From: Pecten maximus
Lineage: Eukaryota
Assembly: GCF_902652985.1 (NCBI RefSeq)
Contig: NC_047022.1
Span: 42,780,001-42,844,000 of the forward strand
Direction: 5' to 3'
Length of the DNA stretch: 64,000 nucleotides
How positions within the stretch are numbered: the stretch's first letter is position 1; the number at the start of each line of letters is the position of its first letter. This document shows positions 13,301 to 24,851 of this stretch, one piece after another. Both the position numbers and the translations under genes were made by a program. The notes beneath the pieces were generated by a model. The model made no database searches. It was not told the DNA's origin and was given only the letters and a program-made list of their open reading frames with translations.

Positions 13301-14786
13301 CTACTCATTACTAAAGCTTGTGAATAGTCTATGGCTATTATCATACATTCCTACACTTACCATACTTAAATATAGACACTCATTATTTGATAAACAAAAA
13401 CAAGATGGAATTGAAAAGAATCCCGTTAAGATACACAATAATCTTACGTTCCCCTTTTTTTCCCTACAATCTCTGTATATTTGATATTATCTAACATTCG
13501 TTCTAGATAACTTACCGAAGCCTTAATGAGCCTAAGGAGCCTATCTTTACATATCCGAAAACCATTTTCTTTATACCCTCACTGCAAAACGGTGCAATCA
13601 TATCTCTGCACTACCCTAGATATTCATTAGAAATTTCAATAGTGAAATGGTAATTTAATTCATGTTTTCCCAATAAATGGATTGTTGACATTAAATGTAA
13701 ATCGTGTTATTAAAGCCTCTAACCACCTGCTTAATATGGATTTGTATATATTCCCCATTAATTTGCTAGATTTATTTCAAGTACTTGGCAGCTATCCAAA
13801 ACCATTTTCTTTGCACACGTTACTGCAAAACAGTGTAGGCATATCTCGCTACTGCCCTGCATATTTATTTGACATTTCACTATTTTAATGGTAATCTAGA
13901 CTATATTTTCCTGATGAATAAATTGTAGAGGTTAAATGTAAATTGTGTTATTAAAGTATCTATTCCCACCTGCTTGACGTAGATTTGAATTGGTGTACTT
14001 ATTAATTTGCGAGACCAATATCAAATGTCTGTGGATATATTCATTCCCACAGTTCGATTAACTCGAAGTCATTTTTTGTATAATTGAATATATTGACATC
14101 CAAATATCATGCATATCTTATATGAAATACAATATCATTTCCATTAATCACACAAGGCCCAGCTTGTTTAATTCATGTGAATGAATGCAGAACGCAGGGT
14201 ACATGAGTAACAATGACTTTAAAAAAACAACTTCATATAATTGCTTTTACAGGGAGCTGTTATAGCTGGTTTTAAAGGGGGGTTATCAAGTAATCAAAAC
14301 AAGTCCTGTCTGAAATGATTGTAGTAAATTAGTTGAGTGTTGTTCTCAACATTGCCAGAAACCGTCTTAACAGTTTAATATATAGGTAAATATGTCTTGG
14401 TGTGTAACACAATGTCTCTCTCGGTGAAGAAAACTCACTTCGTCATAATACTAAATAACCTTATACCTGTATTGGAATCAACGATGTTATCAATACTTTG
14501 ACAAGGCTGTAGTGTTTTCACATGCGTTTGCTGAAGACGTGTGTAAAAAATAGTATCGTCCCGCCTTAGATTCACCTAATATGTACTAAGTGAAAGTATT
14601 CGTCATGGTGATCACATTATATCATGATAAAGGATAAAGTCAGATCTGTTAGATACACTTAATGGCTCTGTTGTCACCAGCCTAATTCTCCTATTTGAGA
14701 ATGTAAGTATATATGGATTTGATCTAGCTTTACATGGCGGGTGTCGCCGATAAAGCAGAAGGCGCTTTCTATGCCGCTGTACCCGG

Positions 14787-16457
14787 TGTAGGAGTCAATT
14801 CTTTCCCCCCATAAAACTTTCCCCGGGGAAAGAAATGGCTAGCCAAAAGTTTCCCCGGGGAAACAATCAGCTAGCCAATCCCCCCCCCCCCCCCCCCCCC
14901 CTAGTTGAAAGTCCCCCCCCCCCCCCCCCTCCCCAGCTAGCCCATTCTTTCCCCCCTATCAGCGATGTTAGCAGGGAAATTTTTGGCTAGCCCTTTCGTT
15001 CCCCCCTATCAGCTTTGGAGATGGGGAAACTTTTGGCTAGCCCGTTCTTCCCCCCTATCAGCTTTGTTAGCGAGGAAATTTTTGGCTAGCCCATTCTCCC
15101 CCCCCCCCCCCCCCCCCCCCCCTGTCGGCTTTAAATTTGGAGATGGGAAACTTTTGGCTAGCCCATTCTTTCCCCCTTATTTCCCCCTTATAAGCTTTGG
15201 AGATGGGGAAACTTTTGGCTAGCCCATTCTTTCCCCCCTATCAGCTATGTTAGCGGGGAAATCTTTGGCTAGCCCATTCTTTCCCCCTTATTTCCCCCTT
15301 ATAAGCTTTGGAGATGGGGAAACTTTTGGCTAGCCCATTCTTTCCCCCCTATCAGCTATGTTAGCGGGGAAATCTTTGCCTAGCCCATTCTTTCCCCCTT
15401 ATTTCCCCCTTATAAGCTTTGGAGATGGGGAAACTTTTGGCTAGCCCATTCTTTCCCCCCTATCAGCTATGTTAGCGGGGAAATCTTTGCCTAGCCCATT
15501 CTTTCCCCCCATCAGCTTTGGAGATGGGGAAACTTTTGGCTAGCCCATTCTTTCCCCCTATCAGCTATGTTAGCGGGGACATTTTTGGCTAGCCCATTCT
15601 TTCCCCCCTATAAACTATGTTAGCAGGGAAACTTTTGGCTCGCGAAATCTTTCCATCTATCAGTTTCAATGTTTTGAATTAGTGTTGAGGCTCTCTCGTG
15701 AATATTCGGAAAATAAAAATAATTCATAGTTTATAATAGTGGGGAAACTCTGGGCTAGCCCATTTTCCCCTGTCCACCATTTATGGTGGTGGGCAATATA
15801 CCTGCTAGGCCATATTTCACTCCATTAGTTTTTGTAAAAACCTTTGACTACATTTCACATTCAATGGAGGAGATAACTTTTCAGCCAATTCTTGACTTCT
15901 TTACTTCCACCTATAGTACAGGAAAGTTCCCAATTACTTTTCAATCGCTGGTTGTCTGCTTGCACATTTCATTTCAACTTTTAAAATGACATCATATGTT
16001 GATTAGACAAAATTACTTCTCAAAAACCTTTGGACACTTCTTGTATCATTAAATATTAATTTTCCATAATATATATTCACCAGAATTAAATCATATAACA
16101 TACAAAGAACTAGACTGTATGCATTATAATCATTTTATTTGCATTCAAGCCATGTATATGTTCTGCATAATAAACCATAAATAAATATATTTCATGTTGC
16201 ATGTAAAAAAAATCATCAACTTTAAGGCCAACAAAATTGATTCATCAGAATTAAAGTTCTCTGGGATTACTGCTTTTGTTTTAAGATCGCAGAAAAAGTT
16301 ATTCAGCCTGCATCCATTCTTGCAATTAAAAGTATCAAAGAAATAATGGTAAAAACCGATATAAATGTAGTATTAAGTGTTTTGACTATTTTAGCTTAGA
16401 TAGAAATGATAACCCAAAAACTTTATACATACAGAGGGGAAAGAATAGGCTGCTACA
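14787..16457. mobile_element. Non-autonomous Ginger1-type DNA transposon
   Basis: TGT...ACA termini; 22-bp TIR TGTAGGAGTCAATTCTTTCCCC vs TGTAGCAGCCTATTCTTTCCCC (3 mismatches); CCGG TSD at 14783-14786 and 14458-equivalent right flank 16458-16461; empty paralogous site TGTACCCGGATTTATT at 9748-9763. Confidence 0.85.
14930..15660. repeat. Minisatellite inside the Ginger element (~47-62-bp subunits, ~110-bp higher-order unit)
   Basis: Recurrent GGGGAAACTTTTGGCTAGCCCATTCTTTCCCCC, alternating GCTTTGGAGAT and GCTATGTTAGC variants. Confidence 0.9.
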
Positions 16458-16539
16458 CCGGATTTATTCCCTTTTTACTTTTTTCAAGAGTCCCCATTTA
16501 TATCTTTTAATTGTATTTTTACCAGTTAAATAAAGAAAT

Positions 16540-17135
16540 TTATAAAACTAATAAAACTTATATTTTCACTGCAGCGATGAGCAGTGTAAATACCAGTTCT
16601 CCAGCAAAAATATCAGTTTTTCGTTTCTGATCAATCAGAGCGAACCTTTGTAATGACCTCATTGAAACTTGTGGATTTTTCCAATCGAAGCGGAGATATA
16701 TAAAAGGGTTATTTTGCCGTATTTCTGCAATATTCAGACTAGTTTTGACAAATTACTCACTTGGCGTTAGCTATCCACGCACAGATTATCGGATAACGGC
16801 AGAAAACACTTAAATTGCGTTGACCAGTCCCTTCATACATGGCATCGTCAAGTTGGCGTGGAATAACGTCACAAAGAGATGACGTCATGAGCTGTGTTAC
16901 TTATTCCCGCACTTTATTAATTTTTCTATGTTTTTTTTAATTTTTTTTTAAGTTTATGTGTGCAATAAAAAGAAAATTGAACGGTTTCCTGTTTAATATA
17001 ACATATATTTCACTCGTATGACAGAATATTTCGATATTTTTCACTCGTGCTTCGCAATCGTGAAAATATCGATATTCTGTAATACTCGTGAATTGTATCT
17101 TGTATTAAACGGGAAACCATCAATATCCTCTGTAT
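16540..17135. mobile_element. Non-autonomous DNA element with a long terminal imperfect palindrome (possibly Crypton-type); related end fragment at ~6250-6325
   Basis: 16983-17118 folds back (GGTTTCC.GTTTAATA...TATTAAACGGGAAACC) around TTTTCACTCGTGCTTCGCAATCGTGAAAA. 6250-6325 resembles the reverse complement of the right end. The superfamily is a guess. Confidence 0.5.
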
Positions 17136-18609
17136 ATTTGTTCTTATTTTTTAGCTGAATATATGGTTTCCTTGAAAATTATTCTTGATTTTTTACAGGC
17201 ATGGTTTCCATTAGTCTCTATTATTACTACACAATAATGATAAACCCCTATTATTAAGCGATAGCCATACACGATGTAATCATGAGACCCTTTTTTATAC
17301 ACGTAACTGGTAAAAAGTCGAAAAATCAACCAACATGAATATGAATGTGTTTTTATTGATAACCAGAGCAAGCACATTGAGTATTAATATATAGTTTTAA
17401 GTCACATCTTGCTTATATTGCTGTCTTAATGGGATGTAAGCTTTAACGAGACATGTTTTCTTTTAAAATCAATTCGGTCCTCAAAGTATGCATGACTATT
17501 TCGAGACGAATTATGAGATATTTAAAATATAAAACGGTGAACTATTAATGGGACAAAACACAAATTATTTAAAAACAACTATGTCACATTTTATATCTCC
17601 TGCGCTTTTATCTTTTCATCAGCCATCGTCTTTAATAACAGCGATACTATAACTATGAAAATCAATGAATCACCGATCCCAAATAGCATTAACTACATGT
17701 AAATATGGTAGTATGGTGTTATGTACTCTCTATCTATAGCCCGATATCAAAGGTATTACTGTATATATAGTTATATAGATCATAGTTATAGTCCGATATC
17801 ACACGTATTATTATGTCAATAAGAAATCGATATAAAATGTATTATCTGTGCAGATTACCTCTACTTATGTTAAAATATTTCCATTCCTGTTCAAAACAAA
17901 TATTAAAAGCTGTATATATATGTTAATTGTGATAAATGCAATACATACATGTTTAGACATTATGAATTAGAATTGCGCACTTCTATAATATAGGAAGCGA
18001 AATGAGTCCAACGGATTCCAAAAATCAAAACTAATACCTTTTTGTGTATTATTTTTTCAAAAATTGTACAGACTGACCTGTATAGATTTAAGCCATGCTT
18101 TTTTAAACAATTTGATAGTATATTCTCAGAAAAGCTATAACAACGAATCCCAACCAATATCTTACTGACAATAGTTTGCTGCAAATTGTCAAACCAGTCG
18201 CAAAATATGAAAATGACGTTAATTATTCAAATCAACAATTCTAGTACATAAGCGTAAGCTTTATATACATTGCTCATATCAATTTAAGAAAAAACAAATA
18301 TTTGATTTTGGAGTTACAAAATTATGTAAATTGTACATATTCTTCAATCGTCAATATACCTGGTTGCATAGAAACTAATATCAAAATAAAAAAAAAAATA
18401 TAAAAGGAAACTGTCGCTGGTTTCCAGACAAGCATAGTTCCACTGTAACTGGTATACGCGTCTTCTCAGATCGATGATTTTCTTGATTTTTTCTGATCAA
18501 TCTGGTACCAAGAAATAAAAATAAACAGGTTCATTACAATTCATATGTAACACACCAATTACAGATATCAGATAAATTACACCTTATTGTTATACTAGTA
18601 GAATCAAAT

Positions 18610-19109
18610 NNNNNNNNNNNNNNNNNNNNNNNNNNNNNNNNNNNNNNNNNNNNNNNNNNNNNNNNNNNNNNNNNNNNNNNNNNNNNNNNNNNNNNNNNNN
18701 NNNNNNNNNNNNNNNNNNNNNNNNNNNNNNNNNNNNNNNNNNNNNNNNNNNNNNNNNNNNNNNNNNNNNNNNNNNNNNNNNNNNNNNNNNNNNNNNNNNN
18801 NNNNNNNNNNNNNNNNNNNNNNNNNNNNNNNNNNNNNNNNNNNNNNNNNNNNNNNNNNNNNNNNNNNNNNNNNNNNNNNNNNNNNNNNNNNNNNNNNNNN
18901 NNNNNNNNNNNNNNNNNNNNNNNNNNNNNNNNNNNNNNNNNNNNNNNNNNNNNNNNNNNNNNNNNNNNNNNNNNNNNNNNNNNNNNNNNNNNNNNNNNNN
19001 NNNNNNNNNNNNNNNNNNNNNNNNNNNNNNNNNNNNNNNNNNNNNNNNNNNNNNNNNNNNNNNNNNNNNNNNNNNNNNNNNNNNNNNNNNNNNNNNNNNN
19101 NNNNNNNNN
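18610..19109. other. Assembly gap (500 N)
   Basis: Run of n. Confidence 1.
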
Positions 19110-19235
19110 CATCGATTTAGAAGATACAATCATCAAGATAATATCGGTGATATCAAGATGATATCGGTGATATCAAGATAATATCGATGATATCAAGATA
19201 ATATCGGTAATATCAAGATAACATCGGTGATATTC
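19110..19235. repeat. 21-bp tandem repeat (ATATCAAGATAATATCGGTG-like) abutting the gap
   Basis: About 5 visible copies; likely the cause of the gap. Confidence 0.85.
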
Positions 19236-19629
19236 TCATAACATACCCGTAAGTATAGGTTCGGTTCGGGCATCATAAATCTTAAGGTGGGTAACACCTG
19301 TACATTATGGCTCAGTCCCACTTTCGCGAAAAGCCGTCCAGTAAGACGGCGTAAACATTTACGGGGAGATACGTGTATATTACGGTGTATTACAGCACTG
19401 TTACGCGGTATTACGCTCTACGGCGATGTACAGTAAATTACGCCGCGTAACGTGGAATAGAGGGATATGTGTATCAAAGTTTCGTCAAGTATATACTCTT
19501 ACACGTCTTAAAAATATTAATAGTACATGTAGTTATCCAATTAATTCTTTAATAAGTGCATCACATGCGTGTTCAAGAAGAGAAACCATGTGAAATGTAT
19601 GGGACACCATACAAAACTTAAACAAAACT

Positions 19630-20080
19630 AGACATCCATAATTTGAATTTTGGATATCGATAATTCGAATTCATATCATAAATAAAAAATTGGATATCAA
19701 TAATTTCATGTATTTTCGGATATCCGTAATTCGACTTTTGGATATCCATAATTCGAATTATTGATATATGTATAATTCATTTATGGATATCCAAAGTTAA
19801 AAATTTGCGACATCTTGAATTGTTTCAAATTTACACAAATCCAAAATTGGAATTATGGATATCTATAATTCATTCATTGATATCCATAATTCGATTACTT
19901 ATAGATATCCAAAATTAATCACTGATATCCATAGGCATAATTCAGTTATTGATATCCATAATTCAATTATTGATATTCAAAATTAATCACTGATATCCAT
20001 AGGCATAATTCAATTATTGATATTCGAGATTAATCATTGATGTCCATAATTCATTTATTGATTTCAGTTATGGATATCTA
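19630..20080. repeat. Degenerate ~21-bp tandem repeat (GATATCCATAATTC..TTATT)
   Basis: GATATCC/ATAATTC recurs throughout. Confidence 0.8.
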
Positions 20081-20155
20081 GTTTTGTTAATTAATAGTGA
20101 CAAGCCGCCCCATAGAAATGGAGACTCTTACTATGTCGTAGTACGATATGATTAT

Positions 20156-20387
20156 AACATAGTAAGTCGTACGTACAACATAGTATGTCGTACGTACAAC
20201 AAAGTAAGTCGTACGTACAACATAGTAAGTCGTACGTACAACATAGTAAATCGTACGTACAACATAGTAAGTCGTACGTACAACATAGTATGTCGTACGT
20301 ACAACAAAGTAAGTCGTACGTACAACATAGTAAGTCGTACGTACAACATAGTAAATCGTACGTACAACATAGTAAGTCGTACGTACG
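20156..20387. repeat. 21-bp tandem array AACATAGTAAGTCGTACGTAC (~11 copies, 5-mer higher-order repeat)
   Basis: The variant pattern repeats every 105 bp. The array is followed by TTTT..GTGGCCCTAATACACTCCCGTA, similar to the end of the array at ~49.7 kb. Confidence 0.95.
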
Positions 20388-21410
20388 ACATTTTATTTTT
20401 CTAGTGGCCCTAATACACTCCCGTAGGAAGTTTCACCGGGAACATTGTTATTATAGACGGCAATGGGACCCGTTTCATACCTCCGCCGCAGGAAGTTGGG
20501 CTGCGCATGTGCGTATAAAATGTTACTGCTACTGAGTTAGGGTGTTATCCGATTTAATAAACAGCGCTGAACATTACAGTCGTACCCAGAACACTTCGGC
20601 AGTAATTACGCTATTATATATTTCAGCTGTTAAAGTGTACCCTGAACGAAAAAATATATTTAAATATGTTATTGGTATTGATTAAAAAACCAGAATGCAG
20701 AAAACTGTATCAAAATCGGCCGACCCATTACCGAGTAATTGCGATTTTTCTCGAAAACACACCTGAATACCTCGTTTTGGTGACCTCTGACCTTTGACGT
20801 CACAGGTTGAACACGATCGGAGCCGCCTTATAGGAAATATATAGAAACAAATGTGAACACGTGCCTGTAATTAATGCGAATAAGACAACAAAAATGAAAG
20901 TGCTAAATAAACTCCCTGGGTTATATTGGTGAATTAGTTAATAACAAGTGCTACCGAAACCAGGGACATATAATTTTCTTTTTAAACGGGCCATATATAA
21001 CATGTAGCATCTCACTAATTTTCTCTCATAACGAGCCATATACATGTACAACATGTAACATCTTACTAATTTTCTATTATAACGGGCCAAATACAACGTG
21101 TATTATCTTATTTATTTTCTTTTATAACAGGTCGTATATAACATGTATATTTAATTTTTTTTTATTTTAACGGGTCGTTGTAACATCAGATACTGTATAT
21201 ATGTCTCTGGTAACATGTATGACATTTGAATAACGGGCCGTTTATTATGAGGGCATGACCGGTTTGTTACATACAATCAATCAATCAATCAATATTCTTT
21301 TATTCCTCTTTTAAAGAGAGTACAAATACAATGTAGTAAATACTATTTACAAAGACGTTTGTAGATCATGTTCATTATTCATTTCCGTTTATAACAGACA
21401 TTTTCTTTCA

Positions 21411-24400
21411 TTATTGGAAATATATTTTCGAAGCCATGTACAAGAATGACGCGCAATCATTCTGAAATGAGTTACAATGCTCATCATTATCAAATACACA
21501 GTCTTTGATTTTGCCTTTGAACATAGTCTGTACAAGAATTTCATTTTCCATGTTACTAACAGCTAGATATGGAGGTATACCATATTCATTTAAAATTTTG
21601 TCTTTGAACACATCTCTCAGGGCGTAGGTAACCTTACAGGAAGTCAGGTAATGTCTGATTATATCCGATCGGAGTTCACCACATTTATCACAATGTTCTG
21701 AAACTGTTGTGTGTAAGGGAACACATGTTAACATCTTACATATATACATTTTCACATTCGGTTTAATTTTAGAATTGTCTAGAAGTGGATACGGTCTGTA
21801 CGACGTGTTGTGTACATACTGAAATCGTTTAAAATCACTGTCGGAGTTCATTCTCTGTCGTAGTAATTTTTCTTCTTTCACGTCTGTAGCGTTTTTAACT
21901 ATACGTTTCCATGTCCATTTGTTAGGAAAATGGTGTTTGTCTATATACTCGGTCAAGTACTGTGTTAATCCATATGTATCAAGTATGTTAAGGATATCGG
22001 GTATGAACCCGCCTTGTGTTCTTTCTTGATCAAAATTACGGAATAGTCTCCGGATGAATATTTCTTTTGATATTGTATTCGGATTAGAGCTGGCCAGGAA
22101 TTGCAGGAAATACAGTTTACGTTTATCAATTTCTGATGTGATTCTTCGTAGGCCTAACATAGATTCACACATGTCCGATCTTGTTGACGGTCGAAGATTT
22201 AGAATCAGTTTCACAGCGTAGTGCTGGAACACTAATAGCTTCTGTATATCACCTTTTGACATGTTTGTCCATGTCTCACATCCATAGAGTACAGCCGGTA
22301 GTACCACTGTTCGGTATAATTTCACTATGTTTAATGGGTTGCTATGTAGGCAATCCGTGCCCATTCTTGTAATCGCGTTAATCATGTTACGTCCTTTTGT
22401 ACATGCTTTGGTGATGGCGTCAGTGTTTCTCAGGTTCGCCGATAATACCACGCCTAAATGCACTTCAGTGATTTCCTTTTTGACGACTGTGTTTCCGATA
22501 TTCCAGTTCCGGTCCGTAATACTCCGGCCAAAGCACAAAATCGCACATTTATTACTGTTGAAGTTAAAGTTCCATCGCTTTGCGTAGTTATCCGATATGG
22601 TAATCAACGTCTGTAGTGCACTGGGAGATGTGGCTATCAGTGCAATATCATCCGCAAGGCACGGATTACCACATTTCACGGAGAGAATACGAGCTCCAGC
22701 TCTGGAATTTTCTAATTTGTTCAGCAAGTCATCAATGTGGACTAAGTACATAAACGTGGAGATAACTCCTCCCTGCCTCACTGAACGTGTGACGGGGAAT
22801 GCTTTTGACGTCACGTTATTTGTCATGATAGCACTTGTGATGTCACGATATGAATTCCTAATTATGTTAAATATATTTCCGGTCACACCCAGACTGTAGA
22901 GTTTTCGAAATAATCCCTCGTGCTGAACCGTGTCAAATGCTTTATATGTATCAAGGAAACACACATACACTTTGCTGTTACTTTCCAGGTTATCGTGTAT
23001 ACATTCAGTTAAGTTAAACGATGCCGTCATACAACTATGGCCCTTGCGAAAGCCTTGTTGCTGACGATTTGGGAATGATATATTTTCTAATTCGCTCCAC
23101 TTGGTTATTCGCCGATGTATAATATTCTCTAGTAATTTATTCAACGTTGGTAGCAATGATATAGGCCGATAGTTGTTAGGGTCTTTTTTGGATTTGCGAC
23201 TTCCTTTATGAATCGGTATTATTAGACCCTTTTTCCATGTCTTTGGAATAACACTCGTAATTCTGATACGATTAAACAGATACACCAGGGAGTCTATCAG
23301 TTGCTTTCCGCCATATCGAATGTGTTCATTCCGTATGCCATCCACACCCGCAGCCTTATTAAGGCTGAGGGAGCGAATTGCTCGGTTAACTTCCTCAAAT
23401 GTGAATGGGTTATCTAGTTCATCCACAGTGATGGGAGGAAAATCTGTGTCATTATTTTCTGCCGTAGATGACGTGTCCGAGTATAATTCGGCGTAGAACT
23501 CGGCGAAAAGGTCAGCAATTCCTTTCGGGTCGCGTTTCGTAGTACCTCGGAATGCTAATTCATTGCATGCTGTTGCTGGTTTATTAGTCCTTTTCCTAAC
23601 TATCCGCCAAAACAACTTTTGGTCGATTTCGGCTGCTTCGTCTAGCTCCCTATGGATCACGTCCAAGTATTCGTTTTGTGCTGTATCATGAAAATTTCTG
23701 AATGCCCTCTTCGCGGCTTTATATTCTTTATAGGAATCGTGTTCCATTCCGCGCGGCCGGCCTTTATTCATCCATTCCATTCGCTTGATCATTGCGATTT
23801 TGTGTAGTTTTGACAAGTCTTTACTCCAAAACGGTTTTAAATAATGCTTCAAGCGACGTTTCGGTACGGTTTCCTCTGCTGCTAACGTCATACACAATGC
23901 AATCTGTTCATATAACGAGTCAGTTTCCAACTGGGCCCCGGTGTCTGGCGTAATGATTTTACACAATCTGTCACTTAATTGAAGCTGATATTGTACAAGA
24001 TCTTCAATTGTAGTTTTATCCCATGCTGTATATTTGACGTTCGATCTAGGTTTGGCCTGATCAATGATTGCAACATCTATCTGGTAATCCATGTGACAGA
24101 TTACGGGAAGGTGATCGGAGGCGATTTCTGTTTCGTTATTTTCGAGCACGACACAGCTCACGATCTTTTCAGAAGATGATCTTTCAATCAAAACGTAGTC
24201 TCATACTGTTTCGAAAGGACGAAATGTGTACGATACGTCACCTTCACGCCTGTGGTTGCATACGTGCAAGCTTATATTCCCAATCAAATTTCTCATCAGG
24301 TCCGCCTTTTGTTTCGCAGCATGATACGTATGATTTTCGTAAATTCGTGCATTAAAGTCGCCGGCTATTATAATTTTACCGTACTCACTGTAATATGTAC

Positions 24401-24851
24401 ATAAATCTTCTAGTCTTTGTAGCGTGTCTCTGTAAGCTGCGACATCTCCGTCGCTTTGCATATATACTCCAAATATATACAATGTGTCAGTCTGTGTAAT
24501 TACTTTCAGGCCAACAATCCGTTCGTCTCGGACCCCGCTTACTTGTCCCACATTGTATCGAAGGGTTTTCTTCACCAGAATTCCCACACCACCTTCCTTT
24601 CCAGTTCGCGGAAATTCTATGAATTCGCGCAAGTTGAAAATCGGAAAATATTCACTATTTACCGATTTAAATACATCTAAAGCATCATTAGCAAGTTTAT
24701 GTTCTGTTACGACACATACATCACAGTTCGTCTGATTCAACAGATTCCCCAGTATTCGGGACGACGAAAATAACCCTCTTACATTCCATGTCATCAGAGA
24801 CAGCACCATAATACTCAGGAATATTGTGTAAATACTGTTTGTGTGGGTCAT
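21411..24851 (-). pseudogene. LINE ORF2 (AP endonuclease + reverse transcriptase + C-terminal CCHC) with one in-frame TGA at 24201-24203
   Basis: MTWNVRGL, VTEH, IIAGDFNA, ETV*DYVLI, SDHLPV; RT motifs NYRPISLL, RQGGVIS, LADDIAL, LYGCETW; CDKC..H...C. The two ORF-track pieces share one frame. Confidence 0.92.

Larger units (their letters stand above)
12360..16480 (+). repeat. Copy B of the old local duplication (includes a ~240-bp internal tandem duplication at ~13560-14030 and the Ginger insertion)
   Basis: Blocks homologous to 6860-9790. AAAACCATTTTCTT..ACTGCAAAAC occurs at ~13558 and ~13798. Confidence 0.75.

Noticed and set aside
14965-15222. Pro-rich ORF
   Set aside because: Minisatellite and poly-C translation inside the Ginger element.
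18534-19136. ORFs of 200 and 179 aa
   Set aside because: Artefacts of the 500-N gap.
20084-20535. Repetitive ORFs and CRISPR-like appearance
   Set aside because: Pure 21-bp tandem monomers with no unique spacers and no cas genes; the ORFs are stop-free readings of the repeat.
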